Below, piece after piece: positions 17,658 through 30,294 of a stretch of DNA of 64,000 bases (the stretch's first letter is position 1; the number at the start of each line of letters is the position of its first letter). Both the position numbers and the translations under genes were made by a program. The notes beneath the pieces are model-generated. The model was not told the DNA's origin, did not search any database, and saw nothing but the letters and a program-made list of their open reading frames with translations. Source of the stretch: a candidate division Kazan bacterium GW2011_GWA1_50_15 (GTDB lineage Bacteria > Patescibacteriota > Kazan-3B-28). The stretch spans positions 499,580-563,579 of the forward strand of contig CP011216.1 in assembly GCA_001029795.1 (NCBI GenBank), read 5' to 3'.

Positions 17658-19441
17658 ACCTCGATGATGACCGGCAGGACCAAGGGGCGCCGTTCGATCT
17701 CGCGGAAGATGAACTCCCCGATATGCTCGCGAAGTTTGGTCTTAATATTGGTCCAGTCATCAGGAACGGACTGAACGTGTTGGGCGAAGATATCTTTGAC
17801 CTTTTGGCGAGTCTTGTTGATCAGATCTCCCTTCTCACGCATATAGACGAACCCGCGCGAGATGATGTCGGGGCTGCCGATAATCTTGCCTTTTTTATCC
17901 ACCAAGGCGATCAGAACGATCATCCCTTCTTTGGCCATAGCCTGACGGTCGCGCAGAACGACCTCTTTGACATCGCCCACACCCAAACCATCGACCATAA
18001 TGCCGCCAACGGGGACCTTTTGATTGCTCTTGCGCCCTTGGCCCTGACGGAACTCGATCACATCACCATCCTCCATAATAATGATGTTAGCTGGTTTGAT
18101 CCCGGTCTCTTCAGCCAACTCTTTGTGCGAGACTAACATGTGATATTCACCATGAACAGGGATGAACCAGCGGGGCTTGACCATAGTCAGCATCTGTTTC
18201 ATCTCTTCTCGGTAGGCGTGACCGGTCACATGGATCTGCATCTTTTTATCAAAGATAACGTTGGCGCCTTGGCGGTAGAGGTTGTTGATAACCGAGTTAA
18301 TGGAGCGCTCGTTGCCGGGGATAGCTGAGGAGGAGATGACGACGGTGTCGCCGCTGTGGATTTTCACCTGTTTATGTTCGCCGAATGCCATCCGCTGCAG
18401 AGCTGAGCCCTCCTGACCTTGGCTGCCGGTACTCAAAATAACTAGTTGACTGTCTTTGTATTTTTTAATACTGCGCAGATCAACGATCAAGCCCTTTGGG
18501 GTTTTGATATAGCCGGCCTTGCTAGCTACATCAAAATACTTCAACATACTTCTTCCGGCGATAGCGACCTTGCGCCGGTATTTAACGGCGGCGGCGATCA
18601 CATGCTGCATCCGGTCGATGCGGGAGGCGAACGAGGCCACGATCAGCCGGCCGGAGGTTTTGGCAAAGATCTCCATAAAGGCATCGGCGATGACCTGCTC
18701 GGACGGTGTTCGGCCTGGGGTGTGAACGTTAGTGCTCTCTGACATCAACAGCAGCACACCCTCTCTCCCAAGTTGTTCGAATTTGGCGTAGTCAGCCTTA
18801 ATCCCGTCCGGCGGTGTGGGGTCGAACTTGAAGTCGCCCGTGTAGATCACTTTGCCTTCGGGTGTGTCCACTACGATCGAGAAGGTGTCGGGGATGCTGT
18901 GGTTGACGCGAACGAACGACACTGTGAACACCCCAAGGCGGATTCGGTCACCGGCTTGGTAGGTATTGACCCGCACGTTCTGGGCATCGGAGAACTCTTC
19001 CAAGTTAACCTTGATCAGCTCGGCAGCCAAACGCGGGGCGTAGACCGGCACGCCCAACCGAGGAACTAAGTGTTGGATAGCCCCAATGTGATCCTCGTGG
19101 CCGTGAGTGACAATAATACCGCGGAGTTTCTTTTGATTACGTTCCAGATAGGTCGGATCGGGGATGACGTAGTCGATACCCAACATTGATTCGTCCGGCA
19201 TCATCATGCCGCAGTCGAGGATGACGATATCGTCGCCATATTCAACAACGATCATATTTTTACCCATCCCGCCAACTCCGCCCAAAGGGATGACTTTAAG
19301 CAGCGAGCTGGTAGACCGGCCGGCCGGCCGGCCGGAAGCCGGGCGATGGACGGGGCGTGGCTGGCGAGAGGCAGCTGGTCTGGGGCGAGTACCCCGACGG
19401 GGGTGCTGACGAGTTGTGGAAGAGTAATGAGTACGAATCAT
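17654..19441 (-). CDS. rnj: Ribonuclease J
   Basis: IPLGG..GKNM, THGHEDHIG, HSIPD, TGDFK, TGSQG, HVTGH, PVHGE; Arg/Pro-rich N-terminal tail. Confidence 0.96.
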   Translation of the reverse strand: MIRTHYSSTTRQHPRRGTRPRPAASRQPRPVHRPASGRPAGRSTSSLLKVIPLGGVGGMGKNMIVVEYGDDIVILDCGMMMPDESMLGIDYVIPDPTYLERNQKKLRGIIVTHGHEDHIGAIQHLVPRLGVPVYAPRLAAELIKVNLEEFSDAQNVRVNTYQAGDRIRLGVFTVSFVRVNHSIPDTFSIVVDTPEGKVIYTGDFKFDPTPPDGIKADYAKFEQLGREGVLLLMSESTNVHTPGRTPSEQVIADAFMEIFAKTSGRLIVASFASRIDRMQHVIAAAVKYRRKVAIAGRSMLKYFDVASKAGYIKTPKGLIVDLRSIKKYKDSQLVILSTGSQGQEGSALQRMAFGEHKQVKIHSGDTVVISSSAIPGNERSINSVINNLYRQGANVIFDKKMQIHVTGHAYREEMKQMLTMVKPRWFIPVHGEYHMLVSHKELAEETGIKPANIIIMEDGDVIEFRQGQGRKSNQKVPVGGIMVDGLGVGDVKEVVLRDRQAMAKEGMIVLIALVDKKGKIIGSPDIISRGFVYMREKGDLINKTRQKVKDIFAQHVQSVPDDWTNIKTKLREHIGEFIFREIERRPLVLPVIIEV

Positions 19442-19456
19442 AAAAATAATAACTAG

Positions 19457-20068
19457 TTAAAAAATAGAAGGTTGGCTAGGTAGCGGGGGCGATACCGGGC
19501 TAGATAATTGGTCGAGGGTAACAAGCAGGGTCGGGATCTTTTTAAAGTCTGACATTAAGGTGGTTTTTAATTTGGGGTCGTAGAGTGCGGCGGCTGGGTG
19601 GTAGGTAATAAAGAAAACTTGTTCGCCGCGGCGTTTGGCTGTCCCGCGGATCTGGGAGATCTTTTCAGCAGGCAAGAACCAATGCAGAGCGTGTCGGCCC
19701 AGCAACACTATAAGTTTAGGTTTGATCAGAGCCAGCTCTCGTTCTAAAAAGGGTTTATGTTCCTCCACCTCAGCTGGCAGGGGATCGCGATTTTCGGGCG
19801 GGCGGCACTTCACTACGTTAGTGATGTAAACATCAGATCGGCTCCAACCGATGCCAGAGAGAGCTTCCTCCAAGAGTTTCCCGGCCGGGCCAACGAACGG
19901 GCGCCCTAATTCATCTTCGACTTTGCCGGGCCCTTCGCCGATAAACACAACCGGGCTATCGATGTTACCGTCCCCAGGAACGGCCTGTAGACACCCGGCC
20001 CTAAGAGAGCAGTGGTGGGCTTTGATCTCACCCACGAGTTGAACGAATTCTTGCTGTTTATCTGCCAT
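19457..20068 (-). CDS. Uracil-DNA glycosylase, family 4-like
   Basis: FIGEGPG..ED..GRPFVGPAG, TNVVKCRPPENRDP, YHPAA. Confidence 0.92.
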   Translation of the reverse strand: MADKQQEFVQLVGEIKAHHCSLRAGCLQAVPGDGNIDSPVVFIGEGPGKVEDELGRPFVGPAGKLLEEALSGIGWSRSDVYITNVVKCRPPENRDPLPAEVEEHKPFLERELALIKPKLIVLLGRHALHWFLPAEKISQIRGTAKRRGEQVFFITYHPAAALYDPKLKTTLMSDFKKIPTLLVTLDQLSSPVSPPLPSQPSIF

Positions 20069-20312
20069 AGAGCCAGATCAGTACCGCTACCGTTAGCAGT
20101 AACCCGACTAGAACCCAGCCCGCCCCAGACGCCGAGGACCGGTCTGGCCGCTTGATCGAACGGGGCGAGATAATATGATCTTCCTGCGGCGGCAGAAAGA
20201 TCTGCCGCGCTTTGGCCAGTTTGGTTTGCGTCGCACCTAACTCCGTAGCGCATCGAGTACAGAAAGTGATGCCCGGGGAGTTGGGATGACCGCAGTGATG
20301 ACAACGTGCCAT
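20058..20312 (-). CDS. Zinc-ribbon protein with C-terminal TM anchor
   Basis: CHHC...FCTRC; hydrophobic C-terminus. Confidence 0.75.
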   Translation of the reverse strand: MARCHHCGHPNSPGITFCTRCATELGATQTKLAKARQIFLPPQEDHIISPRSIKRPDRSSASGAGWVLVGLLLTVAVLIWLYGR

Positions 20313-20319
20313 GAATCGA

Positions 20320-22425
<2,106 letters not shown>

Positions 22426-22476
22426 CACTATCCTTTCTGCCAAGAGCCGTGGGTAGACTGGTCGGCCAGTGATGCA

Positions 22477-22524
22477 AAGTCAGGAGTAAAGATAAATCTC
22501 GAGATTTACACTTACTTCTGACTT
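22477..22524 (-). promoter_or_regulatory. Long hairpin in the rpsO-pnp spacer
   Basis: AAGTCAGGAGTAA...TAAATCTC/GAGATTTA...TTACTTCTGACTT. Confidence 0.6.
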
Positions 22525-22539
22525 CACGGGCCTGCGGGC

Positions 22540-22809
22540 TTACTTCCGGATCTTCAGCTTTTTAATTAAACTATTATATGCTTTAGGGTTGTGGAGCTCT
22601 AGATAGGTAAGCAACCGTCTGCGGTTGCCAACCATCTTGAATAGACCATGTCGAGAGTGGAAGTCCTTGGCATGGGTTTTCAGATGCTTGGTCAACTCGT
22701 TGATCTTGACCGTCAGGAGCGCGATCTGCACCTCGGCCGAACCAGTGTCCTTGCCGTGTGACTGGTGTTCACTAATGATCTTTTGCTTTTTATCAGCTTT
22801 AATCGCCAT
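22540..22809 (-). CDS. rpsO: 30S ribosomal protein S15
   Basis: DTGSAEVQIALLT, HLKTHAKDFHSRHGL, RRRLLTYL. Confidence 0.98.
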   Translation of the reverse strand: MAIKADKKQKIISEHQSHGKDTGSAEVQIALLTVKINELTKHLKTHAKDFHSRHGLFKMVGNRRRLLTYLELHNPKAYNSLIKKLKIRK

Positions 22810-22884
22810 GAGTTCATTCCAAAAAACTTACCCACCAATGATATCACTTCAACGGGGATAAGGCAAGGGTTAAATAGAATAATT

Positions 22885-24066
22885 TTATGCCCCTAGAGCC
22901 TGTTTCTCAGTCTCGGGGGTAGCTTCAAGGCCCAGACGCCGTTTCTGATATTCACGGATCTTTTCAAGAATTTTGGGCTCGGCTTCACCCAGAGTCATAT
23001 CGAGAAGTTTAAACCCAGCTGCGCCGGGATGCCCGCCGCCGCCAAACAGCCCAGCGATCTCAGTGGCATCTACTCCTTTGGCCGTTCTGAGACTCCCAGA
23101 GACTACACGCGGCTCGCGTTCAGACAGGAGCAAGACCACGTCCGCCCCTGGGATACTAGTCATCAACTCGTCTATCAGACCACCGAACTCTTCCTTGGTA
23201 GCACCACTACCGGTCAGGTCATCCAGCCCAGCTGTCGACCAGGCGAATTTTGTCCCAAAGTCAAACTGGATCCGGGCTAAGACCTGACCCCATAGTTTAA
23301 GCTGAGCTAGTGACTTGGTTTTGAATAGGTGCCGGATGATCTCCTGCTGTTGGGCCCCAAATCCTACCAGCTGGGCGGCCACGGTCAGTGATTTAGGTGT
23401 CGTGTTAGCGTTCTGGAACGAGCCAGTATCGGCGATAATACCAGTCAAAAGACAGGTGGCCACCCCTGGGTCAATCAGATTCACCCCCAAAGCTTCAATC
23501 AGACCGATCAAAATCTCGGCCGTTGATGTAGCAGTTAGATCAACCAAGTTCACGCTCCCGAAGTAGGCGTTACTGGCGTGATGATCGATATTGATGATTG
23601 GTATCTCCTGGAACAGAGTCGGATAGCGATCGTAGGCTAGACCTAGCTGATGCAGATCAGCCGCGTCCAAGACGATTACCGTGTCGTACTTAAACTGACC
23701 TTGGGTAAATACCACGTCCTCCGGCCGATAGCGGCCAGACTTGGGAGTGATAATAATATTTAATTTACCTTCATCGAAGTTGTAGGATAGCCGGTCCGCG
23801 GAGGCATTGGGGCTATCTAACGTGATCACAAAGTCGCGCATCCCATTGATGTCGGTGGCAATATCTTCGACTTTGGGCAAAAACCGATAAGTCTGACTGA
23901 CCGGGTCTAGTACCCCCAGTGTGACCGTCTTCCCTAGTTTAGTTAGAACCTGTAGGAGGGCTAATGAGGACCCAATCGAATCACCGTCGGGCCGGCTAGG
24001 CACGATAAGAATTTGATTCGATCGGTTGATCAGCTCGACCGCTTGTTGCTTGGGAGCAGTTTCCAT
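22885..24066 (-). CDS. nrnA: DHH/DHHA1 phosphoesterase (NrnA-like) with internal insertion domain
   Basis: PDGDSIGS, NIDHHASN, DTGSF, SLR, GGGGHPGAAG. Confidence 0.88.
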   Translation of the reverse strand: METAPKQQAVELINRSNQILIVPSRPDGDSIGSSLALLQVLTKLGKTVTLGVLDPVSQTYRFLPKVEDIATDINGMRDFVITLDSPNASADRLSYNFDEGKLNIIITPKSGRYRPEDVVFTQGQFKYDTVIVLDAADLHQLGLAYDRYPTLFQEIPIINIDHHASNAYFGSVNLVDLTATSTAEILIGLIEALGVNLIDPGVATCLLTGIIADTGSFQNANTTPKSLTVAAQLVGFGAQQQEIIRHLFKTKSLAQLKLWGQVLARIQFDFGTKFAWSTAGLDDLTGSGATKEEFGGLIDELMTSIPGADVVLLLSEREPRVVSGSLRTAKGVDATEIAGLFGGGGHPGAAGFKLLDMTLGEAEPKILEKIREYQKRRLGLEATPETEKQALGA

Positions 24067-24175
24067 TGTTGACAGCCAAACGTACTAGATAGAGCCCCTC
24101 TCTGTCAACCCGAGAAGAGGAAAGCCTTTACACCCCCCACAGAAAAGATTAATCTAGGGCTTGTAAAAAGCCATT

Positions 24176-24409
24176 ATGCCAATTATTAAATCTGCCAAAA
24201 AGCGGGTGCGGAGCTCGGCGCGGAAACGTCAACTGAACTCTGCCCGGCGCCGGTCGGTCAAGGAGGCTGTTAAACAGACTCGAGTAGCGCCCAGCGCCGA
24301 AAGTTTGAAGACGGCGTTCAAAGCTCTCGACAAAGCTGCTAAGCGGGGAGTGGTTCATAAGAACCGTGTGGCGCGGCTGAAGTCACGCTTGGCCAAGCTG
24401 GTTAAGTAA
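24176..24409 (+). CDS. rpsT: 30S ribosomal protein S20
   Basis: MPIIKSAKKR, LDKAAKRGVVHKNRVARLKSRL. Confidence 0.95.
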   Translation: MPIIKSAKKRVRSSARKRQLNSARRRSVKEAVKQTRVAPSAESLKTAFKALDKAAKRGVVHKNRVARLKSRLAKLVK

Positions 24410-25349
24410 CTGCAAGCTTGAGGGTAAACAACTCTAAAGCATCCTCTGGGTCCCAGACCCCGGTTTTGATGTTCCAATCACATTGGAGCAAATGGTCATA
24501 GGCCTGGCTAAGCTGCTTAAGATCAAATCTGGCCGCTGACTGCCAATTGGCTCTCACCACGAACGGCGGCAGGCCCAGGACCCGTGCGGCTTCTTCCATC
24601 GGTACCCCGCTGGTCCGGAGTTCGTGGATGCGAACTAAGTGGCGCAACTGGTAGGCGATAGCGCCCATCAGTTTGATCTCATCTTCGCCCGTAGTTAGAC
24701 TACGTATCAGAATGTGCTGGGCCTGAGTTAGGTCGCGAGCCAGGGCCGCTACCACTAATTGGAACAAGTTGGTAGCACCACTACCCCCTAGTAATAATCT
24801 AATATCGTCTTGCGTTACTGGCCGGCCGTACGCGTAGGCCGATAGTTTTCGCAGTTCATTGTCCAGCCACCACAAGTCGCTACCAGTACTGGCCAAGATC
24901 ATCTCCAATAGTGCGTCACTGACCATAACTTGGTAGGTAGCAGCCATCTGCTTTGCACATCGTCGTAGGGCTGGCCCCACGAGAGGAGTAAACTCCTCGG
25001 CCTGCTTGGGTTGATTTAGTGTTTTGAACAGAACCAGCCGCCGGTCGCACTTGTGAGTTTCATAGATAATCACCGTGGTTTCGTCTGACCAACCTGTCTC
25101 CACAAGGTGCGCCAGAACCGCCCGCACCGCGTCGGCAGCATAGAGTAGGAGATCTTCGAACACGACCAGTCTAGCCCCGCCCAGCAAAGTTTGGCCCAAA
25201 ATCGCTTGCCGCAATCGGTCGGGAGTAATTTTGTCGCCGGCGATAGTCTCGATATTATCGGCGGGGTGCCGAGCAATAAATTTCTGTTTGATCGCCAGCA
25301 GTTTCTGCCGCGAACTAAAACTGTCTTCGCCGTGTAAAAACAAGATCAT
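24402..25349 (-). CDS. holA: DNA polymerase III delta subunit
   Basis: LFLHGED, LDNELRKL, FQLV, DWNIKTG; convergent with rpsT. Confidence 0.88.
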   Translation of the reverse strand: MILFLHGEDSFSSRQKLLAIKQKFIARHPADNIETIAGDKITPDRLRQAILGQTLLGGARLVVFEDLLLYAADAVRAVLAHLVETGWSDETTVIIYETHKCDRRLVLFKTLNQPKQAEEFTPLVGPALRRCAKQMAATYQVMVSDALLEMILASTGSDLWWLDNELRKLSAYAYGRPVTQDDIRLLLGGSGATNLFQLVVAALARDLTQAQHILIRSLTTGEDEIKLMGAIAYQLRHLVRIHELRTSGVPMEEAARVLGLPPFVVRANWQSAARFDLKQLSQAYDHLLQCDWNIKTGVWDPEDALELFTLKLAVT

Positions 25350-26827
25350 GTGAGTGGGGGTTGGATGATGGTCGCATCGCCGTTCTCGTTGGCAGTATCG
25401 CCAGGCAGAACATTATTGATGTCGGCTTCGACCTTAGCGGCGTCTTCGGCGCCGCGCAGATACTTAGCCGGCCAGGGGATGTAGTGGCTTTTAAAGGTGT
25501 CGTTACGAATTAGTTTTTTGTTTTGATACACGCGGCGGTACAGAACCGCGTCGGCTCCGCGATGAGCGATCTCGACTTGCTTGGTCTCACCTACAGAGAG
25601 AGTGGCGGTATCGATATAGATAGGTTCAGGGTAGTCGGTGACGTTGCTAACGTACGGTCCATCCAGCTGCACCTCCCGCTTGGTGTCGGTGCCATAAAAA
25701 TCAAAATAAAGTTTGCTCCCTTCGATATAAGTATCCATCAAGATGCTGCCCGGAGTATCGTTGGTGAACTTCAGGTCAGGGTAGGGTTGATAGATGGTCG
25801 CATCGGTGCCGGGTGGTTCATAGTAGGCCACCCGATAAGAGTGGTTGCGGCGCTCTACCACCGGCAACCCACCGTTTAAGATAGCCCTAAAGGCGGTGGT
25901 CGAAACCTGGCACAAGCCCCCGCCAAACTCTGGAGTGGTCTCATCGCCCTTGATCACTAGTTCGGGCCGATAACCGGTACTGCTGTCGACCGTGCCCAGC
26001 ACGCGCAAAAATGAAAGTGTATCACCCGGGGCTATGATCACTCCGTCAAATTTTCCGGCCCCCACCCCGATATTGTGCCGGCGATTTTTTGGGCTCCCGC
26101 TGAAGTCCGAGACTCCCCGGGCGATCAGAGTGTTGATCCCCAATATATTTGTGTCGGCCAGTGTAACACTAGGCTTAGTTACAGTAACCGGTAATGATAT
26201 TGCGCTAGCGCTTAATATGTTTTGGGCAATGAGAACGACTGTCGCATCGACATCGAGTGCCAACCCGTCCTGACTGGTCACCAGTTCTGTCGCGCGACTA
26301 TTCTTGATGATCAGATGCGCGTTGCGTTGAGGTTGGTCGATAGCTGTTGCGATCTCTTGGAGATAGGTAATTAACTTAGCCTGGTCAAATGTGTGAACTA
26401 AGTCGGTTGCACGAATGATCGGTTGGCGTGCACTCAAAATAGCGTATCCGCGCTCTTCCAATTGCTGCCACACCCCGCCCCGCCGACCAACTCGCATGGC
26501 CTCATTAGCCAACTTGACCGCATCCAACTCAAACCCGAACTGATTAGGGTCGAGCTCCCAAAGTTGACCGGAGTATTCCAGCTTGATCACTCCGAACTGA
26601 GTCTGCCCCACCCTATCACTAATCAAGATTTGGGATTGTTCGGTGGTCTGGCCGCCTAAATTGATCTCGAGAAACTGTACCCCGGGTAGTACCCGACCAG
26701 CGTAGACCACATCTAAACCTACCAGGACAAGGATGCTTAGTACAACTAACCCTCCCGCTCCCAGTCCCAACAATCTAAATAGACGGTCGTACTGAATAAC
26801 AGATTTTGTGAGTGGGTCATCTGCCAT
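25346..26827 (-). CDS. VanW-family protein with PG-binding-4 region and G5-like C-terminus
   Basis: N-terminal TM; NRRHNI, GGGLCQVSTT, ERRNHS, YYEPPGTDATI, DLKFTN. Confidence 0.88.
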   Translation of the reverse strand: MADDPLTKSVIQYDRLFRLLGLGAGGLVVLSILVLVGLDVVYAGRVLPGVQFLEINLGGQTTEQSQILISDRVGQTQFGVIKLEYSGQLWELDPNQFGFELDAVKLANEAMRVGRRGGVWQQLEERGYAILSARQPIIRATDLVHTFDQAKLITYLQEIATAIDQPQRNAHLIIKNSRATELVTSQDGLALDVDATVVLIAQNILSASAISLPVTVTKPSVTLADTNILGINTLIARGVSDFSGSPKNRRHNIGVGAGKFDGVIIAPGDTLSFLRVLGTVDSSTGYRPELVIKGDETTPEFGGGLCQVSTTAFRAILNGGLPVVERRNHSYRVAYYEPPGTDATIYQPYPDLKFTNDTPGSILMDTYIEGSKLYFDFYGTDTKREVQLDGPYVSNVTDYPEPIYIDTATLSVGETKQVEIAHRGADAVLYRRVYQNKKLIRNDTFKSHYIPWPAKYLRGAEDAAKVEADINNVLPGDTANENGDATIIQPPLT

Positions 26828-27032
26828 TGAGGATCTCTTGAAGTAGCTGTTTGGCCAAAGCTTGCTGATCAGTTTGATAGGTGGCCTTGTTCGTTACCTC
26901 AACGATTATATCCGTCCCGGCCGGTTGGGGTAATTGAACCTCGAGGGGCCAGATGACCCCGTTAGCCAGTACCAAGCTATCCGCTTGGTCGCCCTTTTTC
27001 AGGGCTGCCGATAAAACCAATTTTTCCCCCAT
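26817..27032 (-). CDS. Small hypothetical protein
   Basis: 71 aa, ends LAKQLLQEILNG; overlaps the vanW-like start. Confidence 0.65.
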   Translation of the reverse strand: MGEKLVLSAALKKGDQADSLVLANGVIWPLEVQLPQPAGTDIIVEVTNKATYQTDQQALAKQLLQEILNGR

Positions 27033-27077
27033 AGTTATTTAATCACCGATAATCAATAACTAAATTACAAAAGAGAG

Positions 27078-29087
27078 TTAACCTAGAAACAGCCCGACTG
27101 CAAGAAGAGCGACTATATTAATGATCTTGATCATGGGGTTGATGGCTGGACCAGCCGTGTCTTTGTATGGGTCACCGACAGTGTCGCCGGTTACCGCTGC
27201 CGCGTGGGCTAGCGACCCCTTGCCGCCCAGGTGCCCGTCCTCGATATATTTCTTGGCGTTATCCCAAGCCGCACCGCCGGTGGTCATTGAGATAGCCACA
27301 AAGATACCGGTCACAATACTACCGACGAGTAGCCCGCCCAGGGCGCGGGGGCCCAACAGCCATCCAACCAGCAGCGGCGCCGCGACCGGGAGAAGCGCCG
27401 GAACGATCATTTCACGGATAGCCGCCCGGGTAACGATATCCACTGCCCTGGCATAGTTGGGTCGAGCAGTCCCGTCCATAATTCCCGCAATGGTTTTAAA
27501 TTGATGGCGCACTTCTTTCACAACCGCAGCGGCAGTCTTGCCGACCGTCTCCATGGACAGAGCGGCAAACAAGTAAGGGAGGAGACCGCCCAAGAATAGA
27601 CCGATCAAAACTTGTGGGTCATTCAGCGTGAACTGGATCGCTCCGCCCTGCAAGTTGCCAAGTTCTTGAGTGTAAGCCGAAAATAAAACGATAGCGGCCA
27701 GACCTGCCGAACCGATCGCGTAACCTTTAGTTACCGCTTTAGTTGTGTTGCCAACCGCATCGAGAGGGTCGGTTACTCGGCGGACACTGTCCGGCAGATT
27801 AGCCATCTCGGCGATCCCGCCAGCGTTATCCGTGATCGGCCCGTAAGCATCAACTGCCACAATGATCCCGACCATGGAAAGCATCGAGACGGCGGCGATA
27901 GCCACCCCAAACAGACCGCTAAAGTAGTAAGCGGCAAAGATAGCCGCAGCGATGGCCAGGACCGGCAGGGCGGTGGCTTTCATCCCCACAGCCAAGCCCG
28001 CGATCACATTAGTGCCATGCCCAGTTTCGGAGGCGTGAGCGATCTGTTTAACCGGATTAAACCGGGAAGCGGTGTAGTATTCAGTGATCCAGATGATCAG
28101 CCCAGTTACAACTAAGCCGACAAGCGCGCAATAGAATAAACTGAGATAATTTACCCCAGCTAGGCCTCCCAAGAGATACCGAGTAACAACATAGAATCCG
28201 CCGAGCGCTAATACCCCAGCCACAGCCAGACCCTGATACAGCGCGCCCATAATATCGCGGTTTTTAGGCAGCCGGACAAACCAAGTCCCGACGATCGAAG
28301 CCAAGATCGACACACCTCCCAAAACTAGGGGATAAGCGATCATCAGAGGATTACCGGCGAATAGCAGGGCCGACAGAACCATGGCGGCCACGATCGTAAC
28401 CGCATAAGTTTCAAATAGGTCAGCAGCCATCCCAGCGCAGTCGCCAACATTATCACCAACATTGTCGGCGATGACCGCAGGGTTTCTGGGATCGTCTTCG
28501 GGGATACCAGCCTCAACCTTCCCAACCAGATCAGCTCCCACATCCGCTCCTTTGGTAAATATTCCGCCACCTAAACGAGCGAACACCGAGATCAAACTAC
28601 CGCCAAAGCCTAGACCGATTAATGCGTTAACATCATGGAATATGGCGTAGAACCCGGCAACACCAAGCATCCCTAACCCCACCACGAATAGACCTGTCAC
28701 CGCTCCACCTCGGAAGGCTAGCCCTAAGGCCGCAGCCAAACCTTTCTCTGCCGCGGTCGCGGTGCGTACATTGGCCCGTACCGATATGTGCATACCAATA
28801 AAACCGGCGATGGCGGAAAGGACTGCTCCTATCAAAAAGCCTAGAGCGGTCAACCAGCCTAAAAACCAATAGAGGATAGCGGCCAGAACTATCGCCACGA
28901 TAGCGATGGTTAAGTACTGTCTTTTCAGGTAGGCCGAGGCGCCTTCTTGGATCGCGCGCGCTATCTGCATCATCTTATCGGTACCGGTCGGTTGAGCTAG
29001 CACCCAGGCGGTTAAACCTAGGGCGTAGACTACGCTAACGGCGCCAGCTGCCAGCGCAAAGGTTAGACTGAGGTTGGTTGGACTCAT
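27078..29087 (-). CDS. hppA: Membrane proton-translocating pyrophosphatase, K+-independent type
   Basis: [58 protein letters not shown]. Confidence 0.95.
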   Translation of the reverse strand: MSPTNLSLTFALAAGAVSVVYALGLTAWVLAQPTGTDKMMQIARAIQEGASAYLKRQYLTIAIVAIVLAAILYWFLGWLTALGFLIGAVLSAIAGFIGMHISVRANVRTATAAEKGLAAALGLAFRGGAVTGLFVVGLGMLGVAGFYAIFHDVNALIGLGFGGSLISVFARLGGGIFTKGADVGADLVGKVEAGIPEDDPRNPAVIADNVGDNVGDCAGMAADLFETYAVTIVAAMVLSALLFAGNPLMIAYPLVLGGVSILASIVGTWFVRLPKNRDIMGALYQGLAVAGVLALGGFYVVTRYLLGGLAGVNYLSLFYCALVGLVVTGLIIWITEYYTASRFNPVKQIAHASETGHGTNVIAGLAVGMKATALPVLAIAAAIFAAYYFSGLFGVAIAAVSMLSMVGIIVAVDAYGPITDNAGGIAEMANLPDSVRRVTDPLDAVGNTTKAVTKGYAIGSAGLAAIVLFSAYTQELGNLQGGAIQFTLNDPQVLIGLFLGGLLPYLFAALSMETVGKTAAAVVKEVRHQFKTIAGIMDGTARPNYARAVDIVTRAAIREMIVPALLPVAAPLLVGWLLGPRALGGLLVGSIVTGIFVAISMTTGGAAWDNAKKYIEDGHLGGKGSLAHAAAVTGDTVGDPYKDTAGPAINPMIKIINIVALLAVGLFLG

Positions 29088-29139
29088 AATGCAAACAAAA
29101 AATTAATGGTAACCGGTTATTATATCACCCCTCATTCTA

Positions 29140-30291
29140 TTATGTTTTTGGGAGAGGGGTTAAGGCTTTCTGATAAACCGCTAGGGTTTCTTTGGCCATG
29201 CGGGCAAAAGAATATTTTTTGGCCTGCGCCAGACCCTTGTCGCGCAGTTCTTTGCGCAGCCGGAAGGTAGTGGCCAACTTGTACATCGCCTGGGCGATAT
29301 CTTCGATGTTGGTTGGGTCAAAGTAAAGTGCGGCCGAACCCAGCACCTCTGGCATGACCGACGCATTAGACGACAGCACTGGGGTACCTGAAGCCATTGC
29401 TTCCAGGGGCGGGATGCCAAACCCCTCATAGAGGGAGGGAAAGATGAAGGCCTCGGCCTCGGAATAGAAGTAGGGCAGGTCGGCGTCTGCCACGTAGCCG
29501 GTGGTGACCACGCTGTCCTGAAGATTCATCTGCTTGATCGTCGCTGGAACCTCGGGGGCTAGGGGATCGCTTTTGCCGACCAGAACCAGTTGATAATCAA
29601 TGTTATAACGATGTTTAAGAAGAGCAAAGGCTCTGACTAACCGCACTAAGTTTTTGTGGTGCCGCCACTGACCCACATATAAGAAGAACGGCCGTGAGAT
29701 GTTGTATTTAGTTTTGATCATCTCGGTCTTTTTCGGATCGTCGATGTGACGATACCGTTTGGGCGCGGCCCCGTAGACCACGTCGATCTTGCCGGCGTCT
29801 ACCCCTAAATGTTCAACGATGTCGCGCTTCGTCCCTTGCGAGATGGCAATAATCCGCGTGGCATTCAGACATGACTGCCGGATCACATACCGATATACCC
29901 AGCGGCGGAACCAGCTGGTCTGGCGCCGGCCAGGGAAGAACCACAGAGTTAGATCGTGAATGGTCACAACGCTTTTAATGCTTTTAAAAAGGATCGGTGA
30001 ATTGAAATTGGTGTAGTGGATCAGATCGAGTTTAGCCCGCCGGAGTACACTGGGGTACCCGAACTGCTCACCGTACGTATAGTGGGCGTAGGTAACCGCT
30101 TTTTTATCCAGATTTGGCGCGTACAATGGAAAGAACTCCGCTACCTCCGGCAGCACAAAAGCCGTGTACCGGTTAATAGTGTCGAGCTTGATCAAATGAG
30201 CCACTAGCTCCTCAGCGTAAGTGCCAACCCCGGTCGCTTGGGCCGTCCCGAACAGTCTGGCATCGATACCGATGTGATACGGTTTACTCAT
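29140..30291 (-). CDS. GT4 glycosyltransferase
   Basis: IGIDAR, VTIHDL, KNL, FPSLYEGFGIPPLEAMASG. Confidence 0.92.
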   Translation of the reverse strand: MSKPYHIGIDARLFGTAQATGVGTYAEELVAHLIKLDTINRYTAFVLPEVAEFFPLYAPNLDKKAVTYAHYTYGEQFGYPSVLRRAKLDLIHYTNFNSPILFKSIKSVVTIHDLTLWFFPGRRQTSWFRRWVYRYVIRQSCLNATRIIAISQGTKRDIVEHLGVDAGKIDVVYGAAPKRYRHIDDPKKTEMIKTKYNISRPFFLYVGQWRHHKNLVRLVRAFALLKHRYNIDYQLVLVGKSDPLAPEVPATIKQMNLQDSVVTTGYVADADLPYFYSEAEAFIFPSLYEGFGIPPLEAMASGTPVLSSNASVMPEVLGSAALYFDPTNIEDIAQAMYKLATTFRLRKELRDKGLAQAKKYSFARMAKETLAVYQKALTPLPKT

Positions 30292-30294
30292 AGT

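Noticed and set aside
27040-27072. Weak heptad-like run (AATCACCGATAATCAATAACTAAATTACAAAA), and the KLQIT-encoding start of yidC
   Set aside because: They resemble family D arms but are too degenerate to call without a profile search.
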